Below, one piece after another: positions 1 to 9,727 of a DNA stretch of 32,000 nucleotides. The notes under the pieces are model-generated. The model searched no databases, was not told where the DNA came from, and saw only the letters and a program-made list of their open reading frames with translations. Position 1 is the first letter of the stretch. Each line of letters opens with the position of its first letter. The stretch spans positions 1 through 32,000 of the forward strand of contig JAZNZE010000059.1 in the NCBI GenBank assembly GCA_045594785.1, given 5' to 3'. Source of the DNA: Eubacteriales bacterium. GTDB taxonomy: Bacteria; Bacillota; Clostridia; Oscillospirales; CAG-272. The translations under genes and the position numbers were made by a program.

Positions 1-7
1 GATTAAC

Positions 8-349
8 ATGAACAAAACAATCAAAGAACTCACAGTCGAGCTTACCATAGAGATAACCGCTGTTTGTGATACCATCAAAGGCAGAGCAGTATTTGTTAAT
101 CAACTCTTACGTTCCTGCTCATCAATCGGCGCAAACAGTTATGAGGCAAAGTATGCGCAAAGCACTGCTGATTTTGTAAATAAACTTGAAATTGCTCTCA
201 AAGAATGTTACGAAACCGATTATTGGCTTGAAATACTTTTCAAAGTAGGTTCGATGGACGAAAATACATATAAAACGCTTGCAAACAAATGCGGTGCTGT
301 TCGCAGAAAGCTCATCGCCTCTATTACCACCGCAAAAGAGAACTCATAG
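8..349 (+). CDS. Four-helix-bundle protein (TIGR02436, the family annotated as 23S rRNA intervening-sequence protein)
   Basis: 113-aa ORF with family-like motifs QLLRSCSSIGANSYEA and ECYETDYWLE. The frame is open to the window edge, so the true start could lie upstream. Confidence 0.7.
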   Translation: MNKTIKELTVELTIEITAVCDTIKGRAVFVNQLLRSCSSIGANSYEAKYAQSTADFVNKLEIALKECYETDYWLEILFKVGSMDENTYKTLANKCGAVRRKLIASITTAKENS

Positions 350-444
350 GAACAGCTGTGACTTTTAAGCAAAGCTCGAAAGTTCATTTTACAGTAGTAC
401 GGCATAAAATATCTAAATGAGCGTATATGAAAAAAGGGGGTTCT

Positions 445-1155
445 ATGAAACCTATAATCGCAATACTTACGCCGGTTGATGACGAGCGTTCGGTTAATCT
501 TCTGAATACTTATTCCTCGGCTATAGAGCGCTCGGGCGGCACGCCTATAATAATCCCATATACCGAAAGCGAAGATACGCTTAACGAATATGTGCGGCTG
601 TGCGATGGAGTTTTATTCTCGGGCGGCTGCGATATCGAGCCCGGGAGATTCGGTGAAAAAACGAAGGAAACCTGCGGTAATATTCAGAAATACCGCGATG
701 CTTTGGAATTTGCTTTTTTCAAAAAGGCATTTGAGTTAAAAAAGCCGATTATGGCAATTTGCCGCGGAATTCAGGTTGTAAACGTTGCGCTTGGCGGAAC
801 GCTTTACCAGGATATTCCTACAGAAATCCCCTCGGAAATTCCGCACAGACAGAAGGAAGCGCGCAGCAGTCCGTCTCATGATGTTAAAATTATTTCGGAC
901 ACTCCGCTTATGGAGCTTATCGGAAAAGAAAGAATGACTGCAAACAGCTTTCACCATCAGGCAATTAAAGCGCTAGGCGAGAGCCTCGAGGTTATGGCGC
1001 TCGCAGATGACGGAATAATCGAAGCAGTTTATTATAACGGAGAAAATTACATTCTTGGATATCAATGGCACCCAGAAAGGCTTTGTGAAATCAACTCTGA
1101 CAACAAGGCTCTTTTTGATAATTTTATAAACGCTTGTAAAGGAAACGGCAATTAA
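445..1155 (+). CDS. Class I glutamine amidotransferase / gamma-glutamyl-GABA hydrolase-like protein (peptidase C26)
   Basis: Nucleophile motif AICRGIQVVNVALGG plus FHHQA and QWHPE motifs. I prefer the ATG at 445 (MKPIIAIL), preceded by AAGGGGG. The track ORF starts at 427. Confidence 0.85.
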   Translation: MKPIIAILTPVDDERSVNLLNTYSSAIERSGGTPIIIPYTESEDTLNEYVRLCDGVLFSGGCDIEPGRFGEKTKETCGNIQKYRDALEFAFFKKAFELKKPIMAICRGIQVVNVALGGTLYQDIPTEIPSEIPHRQKEARSSPSHDVKIISDTPLMELIGKERMTANSFHHQAIKALGESLEVMALADDGIIEAVYYNGENYILGYQWHPERLCEINSDNKALFDNFINACKGNGN

Positions 1156-1156
1156 A

Positions 1157-1528
1157 ATGGACGACTTAATTTTAGCAGTTATCGCAGGAATTATTTCCGT
1201 TGGAATTATTACAGCTTTTATAGTTCTCGGAATAATGGAAATAAGAAAGATTAAAAAAACAGCAAAAAACGGAATTTTGCAAAAATCAGACGAGCACAAA
1301 ACCGAAAAAATGCACGTTACGGTAATAGATAAGCTTTGCAGCGAAGCTCATATCGGCAGGAAAGCTCAAAAATCAGTAAAAAGCTTTAGCATTCTTTTCG
1401 TAGACGGTGAGGGAAAAATTTTAAGTCTTCCCATATCCGAGGAATATTACGAAGCCTTCGAAAAGGAGCAAAGCGGTGTTCTTACTCTGATTGACGGAGA
1501 TTTTTTCACCTTTGAAATAGATAATTAA
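1157..1528 (+). CDS. DUF2500-like small membrane-anchored protein
   Basis: N-terminal TM helix ([23 protein letters not shown]) followed by a soluble domain ending [14 protein letters not shown], as in DUF2500. The start lies 1 nt after the upstream stop. Confidence 0.6.
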   Translation: MDDLILAVIAGIISVGIITAFIVLGIMEIRKIKKTAKNGILQKSDEHKTEKMHVTVIDKLCSEAHIGRKAQKSVKSFSILFVDGEGKILSLPISEEYYEAFEKEQSGVLTLIDGDFFTFEIDN

Positions 1529-1551
1529 AACCAGGAAAGGCAGAGCTTAAA

Positions 1552-2868
1552 ATGAACGGCAACAAAATCCTTCTCGGAAAAAACATCGATGACTGGAAAA
1601 GAGACTTTCCGATAATAGAAAAAATATCAAAATGCGAAGAAGCTGTATGGCTTAACGACAAAAAGCTCGGCTTCTCCGAAGCGATAAAAAATTCTCCTCT
1701 TACAGAAACTGACGTGCGTGATGCTTCTGCAAGGCTCGGAAGATTCGCTTCCTACTTCAAGGCAACCTTTCCGGAGACCGTAGCCACGGGCGGTCTGCTG
1801 GAATCTCCGCTCAGAGAGATTCCGAAAATGAAAAAGGCGCTCGAAGAGGAATACGGTATACATATACCCGGCTCACTTATGATTAAGCTCGACAGCCACC
1901 TTGCAGTTTCGGGCTCTATCAAGGCGAGAGGCGGAATTTACGAGATACTCTGCGTTGCGGAAAAAATCGCAATGCGCGAAGGCGGACTTTCGCTTGACGA
2001 TGATTACGCCTGCCTTGCAGAGCCAAAATTCACAAACCTTTTCTCAAAATATTCCATAGCCGTAGGCTCTACGGGAAATCTTGGACTTTCTATAGGTATT
2101 ATAAGCGCAAAGCTTGGCTTCAAGGTCACCGTACATATGTCAGCAGACGCAAGAGAATGGAAAAAGCGTATGCTTCGCGAAAAGGGTGTTACGGTCATAG
2201 AATATCAGAGTGATTACAGCGTAGCCGTTGAAAACGGACGCAAAGAAGCTGAAAAGGACCCGCTATGCCACTTTGTTGACGATGAAAATTCTAAAGAACT
2301 TTTTCTCGGCTATTCTGTTGCTGCCGAAAGACTTAAGGCACAGCTTGATAAAGAAGGAATAAAAATAGACGGTAAAAATCCGCTGCACGTATACCTTCCC
2401 TGCGGAGTGGGCGGCGGTCCGGGCGGTGTTGCTTTCGGTCTAAAGCTGCAATTTGGCGATAACGTTCATTGCTATTTTGCAGAGCCTACGCACTCTCCCT
2501 GCATGATGCTCGGAATGGCTACCGGTCTTCACAATGCGGTTTCGGTAAACGATTTCGGTGCGGATAACCGCACTATTGCAGACGGTCTTGCCGTTGGAAG
2601 AGCTTCAGGCTTCGTAGGAAAGGTTATGATGCCTCATATTGACGGCTGCTATTCTATTTCCGATGAAAGAATGAGCTCTCTTCTTAAAATGCTTTGGGAC
2701 AGCGAGGATATTCACCTTGAGCCAAGCGCTCTTGCGGGAATGCTCGGACCTGTGGCGCAAAGCAGAATGAAGGGTAATATTCCCGAAAGCGTGCATCTTG
2801 TGTGGGCAACAGGCGGAAGCATGGTGCCGGCTGATGAACTTGAAAAATATTATAAGGCTGCAAAATAA
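1552..2868 (+). CDS. dsdA: D-serine ammonia-lyase (D-serine dehydratase)
   Basis: 438 aa. Long near-identical runs to E. coli DsdA as I recall it: [18 protein letters not shown] (PLP lysine), [60 protein letters not shown]. Confidence 0.95.
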   Translation: MNGNKILLGKNIDDWKRDFPIIEKISKCEEAVWLNDKKLGFSEAIKNSPLTETDVRDASARLGRFASYFKATFPETVATGGLLESPLREIPKMKKALEEEYGIHIPGSLMIKLDSHLAVSGSIKARGGIYEILCVAEKIAMREGGLSLDDDYACLAEPKFTNLFSKYSIAVGSTGNLGLSIGIISAKLGFKVTVHMSADAREWKKRMLREKGVTVIEYQSDYSVAVENGRKEAEKDPLCHFVDDENSKELFLGYSVAAERLKAQLDKEGIKIDGKNPLHVYLPCGVGGGPGGVAFGLKLQFGDNVHCYFAEPTHSPCMMLGMATGLHNAVSVNDFGADNRTIADGLAVGRASGFVGKVMMPHIDGCYSISDERMSSLLKMLWDSEDIHLEPSALAGMLGPVAQSRMKGNIPESVHLVWATGGSMVPADELEKYYKAAK

Positions 2869-2880
2869 GGAAGGAAAAAC

Positions 2881-3654
2881 ATGAAAAGCTTTACTTTTAC
2901 CGTTGACGACAATATAATATTCTTCAGAGAGATAAGCGAGAGGGGGTACGACAGTCTTTTCGAGCATCCATACCTCGCTATGTACAAAAGGCTTCACGAA
3001 AAGCTCGGTCTCAAAATTCAGCTAAACCTTTTTTATGAGGACAAGAAGCTTTTCAACCTTTCAAAATTTCCCGACAGATATAAGAAGGAATGGGAAGAGG
3101 CTTCCGACTGGCTGAAGCTTTCCTTTCATTCAAAGCTTGAAAACGTCAACCCCTATGAGTTTTCGGGATACGATGAGGTTTTTTCCGATTGCAGAGACGT
3201 GCAAAGAGAAATACTGAGATTTGCTTCCGAAAGCTCGCTTGCAAAAACCACCACGGTTCATTACTGCCTAACGACCTTTGACGGATTGAGGGCGCTATAC
3301 GACAACGGTGTACGTGGTCTTCTCGGACTTTACGGCAAGAATCAGAATCCTTCGGTTTCCTATATGAGAAACGAGGCGGAAACCGAGCGCATTCTGCTCG
3401 GTGAAAACGTTCTTACAGACAAAATGACATATGCGGGACTTGATATAGTGCTTAACTGTCACAAAAAGGAGGAAATCCTCCGCCGCCTCGACAGTCTCTA
3501 CGGCAGAAAGCTTATCAAAATTATGATACACGAGCAATATTTTTATGAGGATTACCCCTCTTATCAGGCGGATTTCGAAGAAAAGCTGACTGCCGCATTC
3601 AACGCTCTGAAAGAAAACGGCTACAAGAGCGTATTCTTCGAGGAAACGATATGA
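2881..3654 (+). CDS. Hypothetical protein, possibly a divergent NodB/polysaccharide-deacetylase-like fold
   Basis: 257-aa ORF with RBS AAGGAAGGA. It has an N-terminal TFTVDDN motif (compare NodB TFDDG) and an SFHS motif. The fold assignment is weak. Its stop overlaps the next start (ATGA at 3651-3654). Confidence 0.7.
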   Translation: MKSFTFTVDDNIIFFREISERGYDSLFEHPYLAMYKRLHEKLGLKIQLNLFYEDKKLFNLSKFPDRYKKEWEEASDWLKLSFHSKLENVNPYEFSGYDEVFSDCRDVQREILRFASESSLAKTTTVHYCLTTFDGLRALYDNGVRGLLGLYGKNQNPSVSYMRNEAETERILLGENVLTDKMTYAGLDIVLNCHKKEEILRRLDSLYGRKLIKIMIHEQYFYEDYPSYQADFEEKLTAAFNALKENGYKSVFFEETI

Positions 3655-4439
3655 AAAGAAGACTAATCGACAATATCCCCCCAAGACTGCCCGAAGAAAT
3701 TCTTGAATTTACAAAGGACGCAAAAATTTACGACAGCTCATGCTCCCCGGAAGCTAAAGTCTATTTTCTGGACAAGGGAGAGGGATATTACTTAAAAATA
3801 TCTGCAAAAAAATCGCTTGCCTCTGAAGCAAAAATGACCGACTACTTTCATAAAAAGGGGCTCGGAGCAGAGGTTTTGAATTATATTTCAAGAGAGAATG
3901 ATTTTCTGCTCACGCGCCGTGTTCGCGGTGAGGACGCAACACATGAGAGATTTATAACGAAGCCGGAAATACTCTGTGAAAAAACAGCATATTTTCTCAG
4001 AGCTCTTCATGAAACCGATTTTTCCGACTGCCCTGTAAAGAACAGAAATGAAAGCTATACGGCTCTTGCGGAAAAGAATTTTAAGAGTAATTCTTTTGAC
4101 CTTTCACTTACCGAGGAGCTATTCCCTTTTAAATCGGCAGACGAGGCTTATAATATCTTCAATAGCGGAAAAGCAGAACTGAAAAATGACGTTCTGCTTC
4201 ACGGCGACTATTGCCTTCCTAACGTTATGCTCACGGAGGATTTTAAACTATCCGGATTTATTGACCTGGGAAACGGCGGTATCGGGGACAGGCACATAGA
4301 TATTTTCTGGGGCACGTGGACGCTTATGTTCAATTTGAAAACGGATAAGTACCGTGGCCGCTTTCTAGATGCTTACGGCAGAGACAAAATAAACGAAGAA
4401 ATGCTTAGAATAATCGCAGCGGCTGAGGTTTTTGGATAA
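3651..4439 (+). CDS. Aminoglycoside 3'-phosphotransferase-like kinase (APH family)
   Basis: Catalytic-loop motif LLHGDYCLPNVM and IDLGNGGIGDRHIDI match the APH(3') signatures HGDxxxxN and DxGRxGxADRxxD. Size is 262 aa. Confidence 0.8.
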   Translation: MKRRLIDNIPPRLPEEILEFTKDAKIYDSSCSPEAKVYFLDKGEGYYLKISAKKSLASEAKMTDYFHKKGLGAEVLNYISRENDFLLTRRVRGEDATHERFITKPEILCEKTAYFLRALHETDFSDCPVKNRNESYTALAEKNFKSNSFDLSLTEELFPFKSADEAYNIFNSGKAELKNDVLLHGDYCLPNVMLTEDFKLSGFIDLGNGGIGDRHIDIFWGTWTLMFNLKTDKYRGRFLDAYGRDKINEEMLRIIAAAEVFG

Positions 4440-4461
4440 CACAGGAAAGAGAGAATCAAAA

Positions 4462-5106
4462 ATGAAAAAAATTATTCTTATAGGCGATTCAATAAGAATG
4501 GGATACGACAAATACGTCAAGGAAGCGCTTGCCGGCTCTGCCGAGGTATATTACCCCGCCGAAAACTGCAGATTTGCCGAGTATGTACTCAGATATGCAC
4601 ACACATGGAAAAGCGAGCTTAATTGGCCTGATAACGCAGACCTCGTTCATTGGAATGCAGGACTTTGGGACGCACTTGAGCTTTTTGGCGATGAACCGCT
4701 CTCTACGCTTGATTACTACGGGAATGCTATCAGAAGAATAGATAAGAGACTGCGTTTTCTTTTTCCTAAGGCAAAAATTGTTTTTGCGACCTCAACGGCG
4801 GTTGTGGAAGAAATGGCAAGCCCTGATTTTTTCCGTCATAACACAACGATTAAAAAGTACAACGAAGCGGCAATTCACGCGCTTGCAGAAACGGATACCG
4901 TTATAAATAATCTGTGGGATATTACAAAGACCGCTCCAAAAGATTTTCACTCCGACTGGGTTCACTATTACACGGATAAGGGCACGGAGCTCATAGGAAA
5001 TAAAGTGCTTTCGGTTATCTGCTCCGAGCTTAATATAGAAGCCGACAAAGTAAATCTTAAGAACTTCAAGCCGGAAAAATACAGCAAAGGAAGCATTGGA
5101 TACTGA
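4462..5106 (+). CDS. SGNH/GDSL-family hydrolase
   Basis: Block I motif ILIGDSIRMGY sits right after the ATG at 4462, which has RBS AGGAAAGAGAG. A C-terminal DWVHY motif is consistent with the block V DxxH. The track ORF starts at 4432. Confidence 0.8.
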   Translation: MKKIILIGDSIRMGYDKYVKEALAGSAEVYYPAENCRFAEYVLRYAHTWKSELNWPDNADLVHWNAGLWDALELFGDEPLSTLDYYGNAIRRIDKRLRFLFPKAKIVFATSTAVVEEMASPDFFRHNTTIKKYNEAAIHALAETDTVINNLWDITKTAPKDFHSDWVHYYTDKGTELIGNKVLSVICSELNIEADKVNLKNFKPEKYSKGSIGY

Positions 5107-5107
5107 T

Positions 5108-5731
5108 ATGGAAAAGAATAAAAACTTTGAATCTGAACTACCTGCAAATCACAAGCTTGTTTTTTATATTAATGCTACAAATGCAAAGCTTGGTTTACTT
5201 TTAAACCTGATTGCAGTGTTTGTTTATGCTTTGGTTACGATTGTTGCATTTATCCCCATGATAAAAAGCGATAAGCTCGGCGAGCTGGCAGACACACTTT
5301 TTAAATCAGGCGCTCTCTCGTTTTTGATTTATGCCTTAGTCTTCGTATTTTCTACGGCTATCTATATTATTCTTCACGAGCTGACACACGGAGCATCATA
5401 CAAGCTTTTCACAAAAGAAAAGCTGACGTTCGGAATGAGCTGGAGCTGCTTTTACTGCGGTGTTCCAAAAATTTACGTATACAGAAAAGCCGCTATTATT
5501 TCAGCATCCGCTCCTCTTCTGATTTTCAGCATTATTTTTATCCCCCTCACGATTTGCCTTTACCACGTAAATTTAGCTCTCTATCTCGTTTCTGCCTTTA
5601 TTCTCGGACTTCATATAGGAGGCTGTGCCGGAGACGTTTACGTAATTTCTCTGCTGCTTTTTAAATTCAGGAGCAAAAATACCCTCATGCGTGACACCGG
5701 TCCCGAGCAATTTTTCTATACTGCAGACTGA
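5108..5731 (+). CDS. DUF3267-like polytopic membrane protein with HExxH (putative zincin peptidase)
   Basis: HELTHG motif after the second TM segment, and several hydrophobic helices. The start is ambiguous: ATG at 5108 or TTG at 5096. Confidence 0.7.
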   Translation: MEKNKNFESELPANHKLVFYINATNAKLGLLLNLIAVFVYALVTIVAFIPMIKSDKLGELADTLFKSGALSFLIYALVFVFSTAIYIILHELTHGASYKLFTKEKLTFGMSWSCFYCGVPKIYVYRKAAIISASAPLLIFSIIFIPLTICLYHVNLALYLVSAFILGLHIGGCAGDVYVISLLLFKFRSKNTLMRDTGPEQFFYTAD

Positions 5732-5751
5732 TAGATAAAATAAAACAACCC

Positions 5752-5780
5752 TTGACAAAGATTTTCTAAGGGTATATAAT
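5752..5780 (+). promoter_or_regulatory. Consensus sigma-70/SigA-type promoter
   Basis: TTGACA (5752-5757), an exact 17-nt spacer, then TATAAT (5775-5780). It lies about 40 nt upstream of the RBS AAGGAGAAGG and the ATG at 5820. Confidence 0.65.
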
Positions 5781-5819
5781 GCTAGCGGATTATTTAAAAT
5801 ATTATTAAGGAGAAGGTCA

Positions 5820-7499
5820 ATGAAAATTTTCGATATGCATATACATTCAAGACCGGGTAAGCCCTGCCCCGAAAAGCTTATTAAGGAGATGGAGGCAGTA
5901 GGCGTTTACGGCGGTTGTGTTTTTTCTAACCATCCGATAGAAGGCACAGAGCCCGGCGGCTCCGACTTTGATACCAGAGTTAGAGAAGCGCTTGAATGGA
6001 CTAAGGGATACGAGGACAGACTTTTTCCTGTCGTTTGGATACACCCTAACGAAGAAAATATAATCGAAAAGGTGAGACAAGCAGCAGATGCGGGAATTGC
6101 CGCATTCAAAATGATATGCGAGGATTTCTACGTTTACGATGAGCCCTGCATGTCGGTGCTCAGAGAAATTGCAAGGCTTGGCAAACCCGTAATCTTCCAT
6201 ACCGGTATTCTATGGGACGGAGCGGTTTCATCTAACTACAACAGACCTCTCAACTTTGAACATCTGCTTGATATTGACGGCCTCAGATTTTCTCTCGGTC
6301 ACTGCTCGTGGCCCTGGATAGACGAGTGCGTTGCTCTTTACGGAAAGTACCTAAACGCTTTAAATAACAACAAAACCGCTGAGATGTTCTTTGATACCAC
6401 TCCCGGTACTCCCGAGATATACAGAAAGGAGCTTTATACAAAGCTCTATTACGCAGGGTATAACTCCGGTGATAATATTATGTTCGGCACCGATTCAAAT
6501 GCCAACGAATACCGCAAGGAATGGGTAGGCACTTGGCTTGATATTGACGAAAAAATTCTCGACGAGCTTGGCGTAAGTCAGGAAAACAGAGAGAAGATGT
6601 ATCACGATAATCTTCTTCGTTTCCTCGGAAAAACAAACGCGGTAGCCGAAAAAGATGCTCCCGTGCCCGACAACACTCACGTATGGACCCCCGAAAATGC
6701 CGAGGTAAAGCAGATAGTGAGAAAATGGTATGAAAGACTTGGATTCCCCGAAATTTTCGACAAGGAATTTTATAAGGCTCTCAACTCTATCAAAATTACT
6801 GATGCCATGACCATCGAAAGATATGATAAGGACTGCGAGGACGGAAAGAAAAACCTTATCTATTATCTCTTCTTCTGCGAGGAGCTAAAAAGAAAATATG
6901 AGGCTCTAGGAATACCCGAAAGCATTTTGCTTGATACTCTCGGCGACCTCGTGGTTTGGGCAAAAACCTGGTATTGTGTAAAGGGTGCTTTACATTTGGG
7001 TGAGTTAAAATGGCTTTCACACCATTTGAGCGGAATTCTATTCAAGATAGGAAGACTGCAATTCTGTATGGGTAAATCCGAAGAAGACCTGCCGGAATTT
7101 AACGTTTTGCGCGGTGAAAACGTAATGGAAATACATATTCAGGGCGAAGGAAAGCTTGACATAGAGGAATGCAAAAAGTCAATAGAGGATGCCAAAGTAT
7201 TTTTTGCAAAATACTTCCCCGATTTCAAATATAAGATATTCACCTGCCACTCATGGCTTATAGACAGCGACCTCAAGGAGTTCTTGCCCGAGAACAGCAA
7301 CATTCTTAAATTCGGTGATATGTTCTATCGCGCAAAGAACTACGATTCAAACGCGCTTCTCAGATATATATTCCGCTGGGATACCAATGAAATCAATCTC
7401 AAATACGCTTATTCAAGCTCATCATTTGCAGAAAAGATAAAGGCTGCCGTTCTTAAGGGCAAGGTATTCCACGAAACGCTCGGAGTTATTAAAGCATAA
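5820..7499 (+). CDS. Fusion protein: N-terminal metal-dependent amidohydrolase (TIM barrel, Amidohydro_2-like) plus C-terminal N-acyltransferase-like module (NAT_N/GNAT_C, DUF5596-like)
   Basis: The N-terminus MKIFDMHIHS (HxH) and later GHCSWPW and FGTDS motifs fit an amidohydrolase. The C-terminal half (FTCHSWLIDSDLKEFLPENSNILKFGDMF) resembles the clostridial acyltransferase-domain proteins. The C-terminal family assignment is from memory. Confidence 0.75.
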   Translation: MKIFDMHIHSRPGKPCPEKLIKEMEAVGVYGGCVFSNHPIEGTEPGGSDFDTRVREALEWTKGYEDRLFPVVWIHPNEENIIEKVRQAADAGIAAFKMICEDFYVYDEPCMSVLREIARLGKPVIFHTGILWDGAVSSNYNRPLNFEHLLDIDGLRFSLGHCSWPWIDECVALYGKYLNALNNNKTAEMFFDTTPGTPEIYRKELYTKLYYAGYNSGDNIMFGTDSNANEYRKEWVGTWLDIDEKILDELGVSQENREKMYHDNLLRFLGKTNAVAEKDAPVPDNTHVWTPENAEVKQIVRKWYERLGFPEIFDKEFYKALNSIKITDAMTIERYDKDCEDGKKNLIYYLFFCEELKRKYEALGIPESILLDTLGDLVVWAKTWYCVKGALHLGELKWLSHHLSGILFKIGRLQFCMGKSEEDLPEFNVLRGENVMEIHIQGEGKLDIEECKKSIEDAKVFFAKYFPDFKYKIFTCHSWLIDSDLKEFLPENSNILKFGDMFYRAKNYDSNALLRYIFRWDTNEINLKYAYSSSSFAEKIKAAVLKGKVFHETLGVIKA

Positions 7500-7500
7500 A

Positions 7501-8010
7501 ATGAAAATTATAAAAGCTCAGCTATCCGATTTTGACTTTATTTTCTCTAAAATCATAGAAAACTTCATACCTGACGAGCGCCGAGACTATGAAGAAGCAC
7601 TACTTCTTTTTAGGGAAGGCAGATACGATATATACCGTCTGACACAAGAAGAGGAAAATCTCGGCTTCATAACCGTTTGGCAGCTTGCGGATTTTACCTT
7701 TGCCGAGCATTTCGTCATATACGAACAATACCGCAACAGAGGTTACGGCAGAGAAGCCCTTCTCAAGCTGCAAGCTATGTTTCCAAAAATAGTACTGGAG
7801 GCAGAAGAGCCTGTGGAGATGATGCAGAAAAGACGCCTTGCTTTCTATAAGAGGTGCGGATTTTTCCAAAACGAGCGTCCTTATTTTCAGCCGTCTTATA
7901 GGAACGGAGGAAAACAAGTCCCTATGATTATTATGAGCTATCCTATGCCGCTCGAAGATTTTGATGCGGCAGTAAAAAGCATTTATGCAGGGGTATACCT
8001 CAAAAAATAA
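7501..8010 (+). CDS. GNAT-family N-acetyltransferase
   Basis: 169 aa. Acetyl-CoA binding motif YRNRGYGREAL and downstream AFYKRCGF. It starts 1 nt after the upstream stop. Confidence 0.8.
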   Translation: MKIIKAQLSDFDFIFSKIIENFIPDERRDYEEALLLFREGRYDIYRLTQEEENLGFITVWQLADFTFAEHFVIYEQYRNRGYGREALLKLQAMFPKIVLEAEEPVEMMQKRRLAFYKRCGFFQNERPYFQPSYRNGGKQVPMIIMSYPMPLEDFDAAVKSIYAGVYLKK

Positions 8011-8017
8011 AAATCTT

Positions 8018-8049
8018 ATGCCTCCAATAAAGGCATTAAATTAATTTTT
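8018..8049 (+). terminator. Weak hairpin, possible terminator
   Basis: ATGCCT / AGGCAT 6-bp stem with a 7-nt loop, followed by the T-rich TAAATTAATTTTT. Confidence 0.3.
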
Positions 8050-8063
8050 GAATCGAGCAACAT

Positions 8064-8981
8064 ATGAAAACCAAAGCATTTATATACATAATTATTGCGG
8101 GAATACTCTGGGGCACTTCAGGAATTTTCGTCCATTTCCTTACTCCGTATGGATTTTCCTCAGTGCAAATGACCGCAGTGCGCGGACTTGTTTCCTTCAT
8201 AGGAATGGCAATTTACGCTGCGCTTTCAAATAAAAAATTATTCAGAATCAAAGCCTCTGACCTTCTCTTTTTCGTTCCGATAGGAATTACGCTCTTTTCC
8301 TCGGCTTATCTTTACTATACGGCAATGACGATGACCTCTGTTTCAACAGCGGTAGTGCTTATGTATATGGCACCCGTATACGTTATGGTCTTTTCAGTAA
8401 TTTTTCTTAAAGAAAAGTTCTCCGCACTGAAGCTTATTTCTCTTGTTGCTATGCTTATCGGCTGCTGCCTCGTTTCCGGAATTATCGGCGGCATAGCATT
8501 TAACTCTATCGGAATTCTGTTCGGATTTCTTTCGGGTATTTCCTATGCTACCTATAATATAGTGACGAAAATTGCTCTTAAGAGAGGCCGCAATGCAGTT
8601 TCCGCTTCGGTTTACAGCTTTTTGGTTATGGCTATAATTTCAATGAGCATAGCTAACCCACCTGATATAGCCGACAAGGCTATGGAAAATCCCTGGCCCG
8701 CAATTCCTCTTCTTATCGGCCTCGGAATTGCTACCTTCGTTATTCCCTATTTCCTATACACACTTGCCATGAGAGACCTGCCTGCAGGCACGGCTTCCGC
8801 GCTTGGAATTGTCGAGCCTATGGCGGCAACCGTTTTCAGCGTGATTTTCCTTGAGGAAAAGCTGAAGCTTTTACCCGCTATCGGAATTGTGCTTATTCTG
8901 GTCAGCGTGTTTATGCTTGGACGAGCAGAGGGAAATGAAGATAAAAACGAAACAGAAAAAGACATCTGCAAAGTCGAATAA
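8064..8981 (+). CDS. EamA/DMT-superfamily permease
   Basis: 305 aa, about 10 predicted TM helices, with the two-fold internal repeat architecture typical of EamA. Confidence 0.85.
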   Translation: MKTKAFIYIIIAGILWGTSGIFVHFLTPYGFSSVQMTAVRGLVSFIGMAIYAALSNKKLFRIKASDLLFFVPIGITLFSSAYLYYTAMTMTSVSTAVVLMYMAPVYVMVFSVIFLKEKFSALKLISLVAMLIGCCLVSGIIGGIAFNSIGILFGFLSGISYATYNIVTKIALKRGRNAVSASVYSFLVMAIISMSIANPPDIADKAMENPWPAIPLLIGLGIATFVIPYFLYTLAMRDLPAGTASALGIVEPMAATVFSVIFLEEKLKLLPAIGIVLILVSVFMLGRAEGNEDKNETEKDICKVE

Positions 8982-9047
8982 CACTCACTGCAAAGTAAAA
9001 AAGTTCACATCCGGCGGATAAAATCTATAAAAAGGAAACGTACATAT

Positions 9048-9692
9048 ATGAATTACACTAAGATTGATGTAGAGAATTGGGATAGGCGTGACCTTTTCAA
9101 GCTCTATACAAGCGACTTAAAAATCGTTATGAATATGACGGTTGACGTGGATATCACCTCACTTATTTCCAAAATAAAGAAAAAGGGGCTCCGCTTTTAT
9201 CCCACGATGATATGGATAGTATCCTATCTTATGAATGCCAGAGATGAGTTCAAATATCATCTCACCGAAGGCGGAGAGCTTATAAAATGGGATTACGTCT
9301 CCCCTTCTTATACAGACTTCAATAAAGAAACGGAAAAATTCAACAAATTCGTAACCGAATACTCTTCGGACTTTAAAACCTTTTATGAAAGAGTTGTTTT
9401 GGATTGCGAGAAGCATAGAAACGAATCTGGGTTTATACCGGGACAACCGAAAAATACCTTTGATATAACCTGCCTTCCCTGGACAAGCTACAAAAGCCTC
9501 GACCTTCACATTTACGGTGAAGGCAAATCACTGTTTCCGATAGTAATGTGGGGAAAATACAGGGAGGAAAACGGAAAAATACTTCTCCCGGTTACCGCTA
9601 TGTTTCATCATGCGGTTACAGACGGATTTACTCTTTGCAGATTTTTTGAAGAGCTCAGCGCTTTTGTAAACGAATTTGAACCTCAATGGTAA
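9048..9692 (+). CDS. cat: Type A chloramphenicol O-acetyltransferase-like protein
   Basis: 214 aa. It starts MNYTKIDVENWDRRDLFKLY, as CAT proteins do, and carries the catalytic motif HHAVTDGF (consensus HHAVCDG). Confidence 0.85.
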   Translation: MNYTKIDVENWDRRDLFKLYTSDLKIVMNMTVDVDITSLISKIKKKGLRFYPTMIWIVSYLMNARDEFKYHLTEGGELIKWDYVSPSYTDFNKETEKFNKFVTEYSSDFKTFYERVVLDCEKHRNESGFIPGQPKNTFDITCLPWTSYKSLDLHIYGEGKSLFPIVMWGKYREENGKILLPVTAMFHHAVTDGFTLCRFFEELSAFVNEFEPQW

Positions 9693-9727
9693 AAAACAAA
9701 GAATAACCGGAATTTTGGGGGTACAAA

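Noticed and set aside
8-349. The four-helix-bundle gene as evidence of a 23S rRNA intervening sequence
   Set aside because: No rRNA-like sequence flanks it inside the window, and this family is commonly found free-standing.
4529-4741. The alternative-frame 70-aa ORF inside the SGNH hydrolase gene
   Set aside because: It is internal to a supported CDS on the same strand, with no RBS and no motifs.
3651-9692. The APH/CAT region as an acquired mobile resistance island
   Set aside because: No transposase, integrase, recombinase, IS ends or flanking direct repeats are visible. The genes are embedded in co-directional operon-like arrays.
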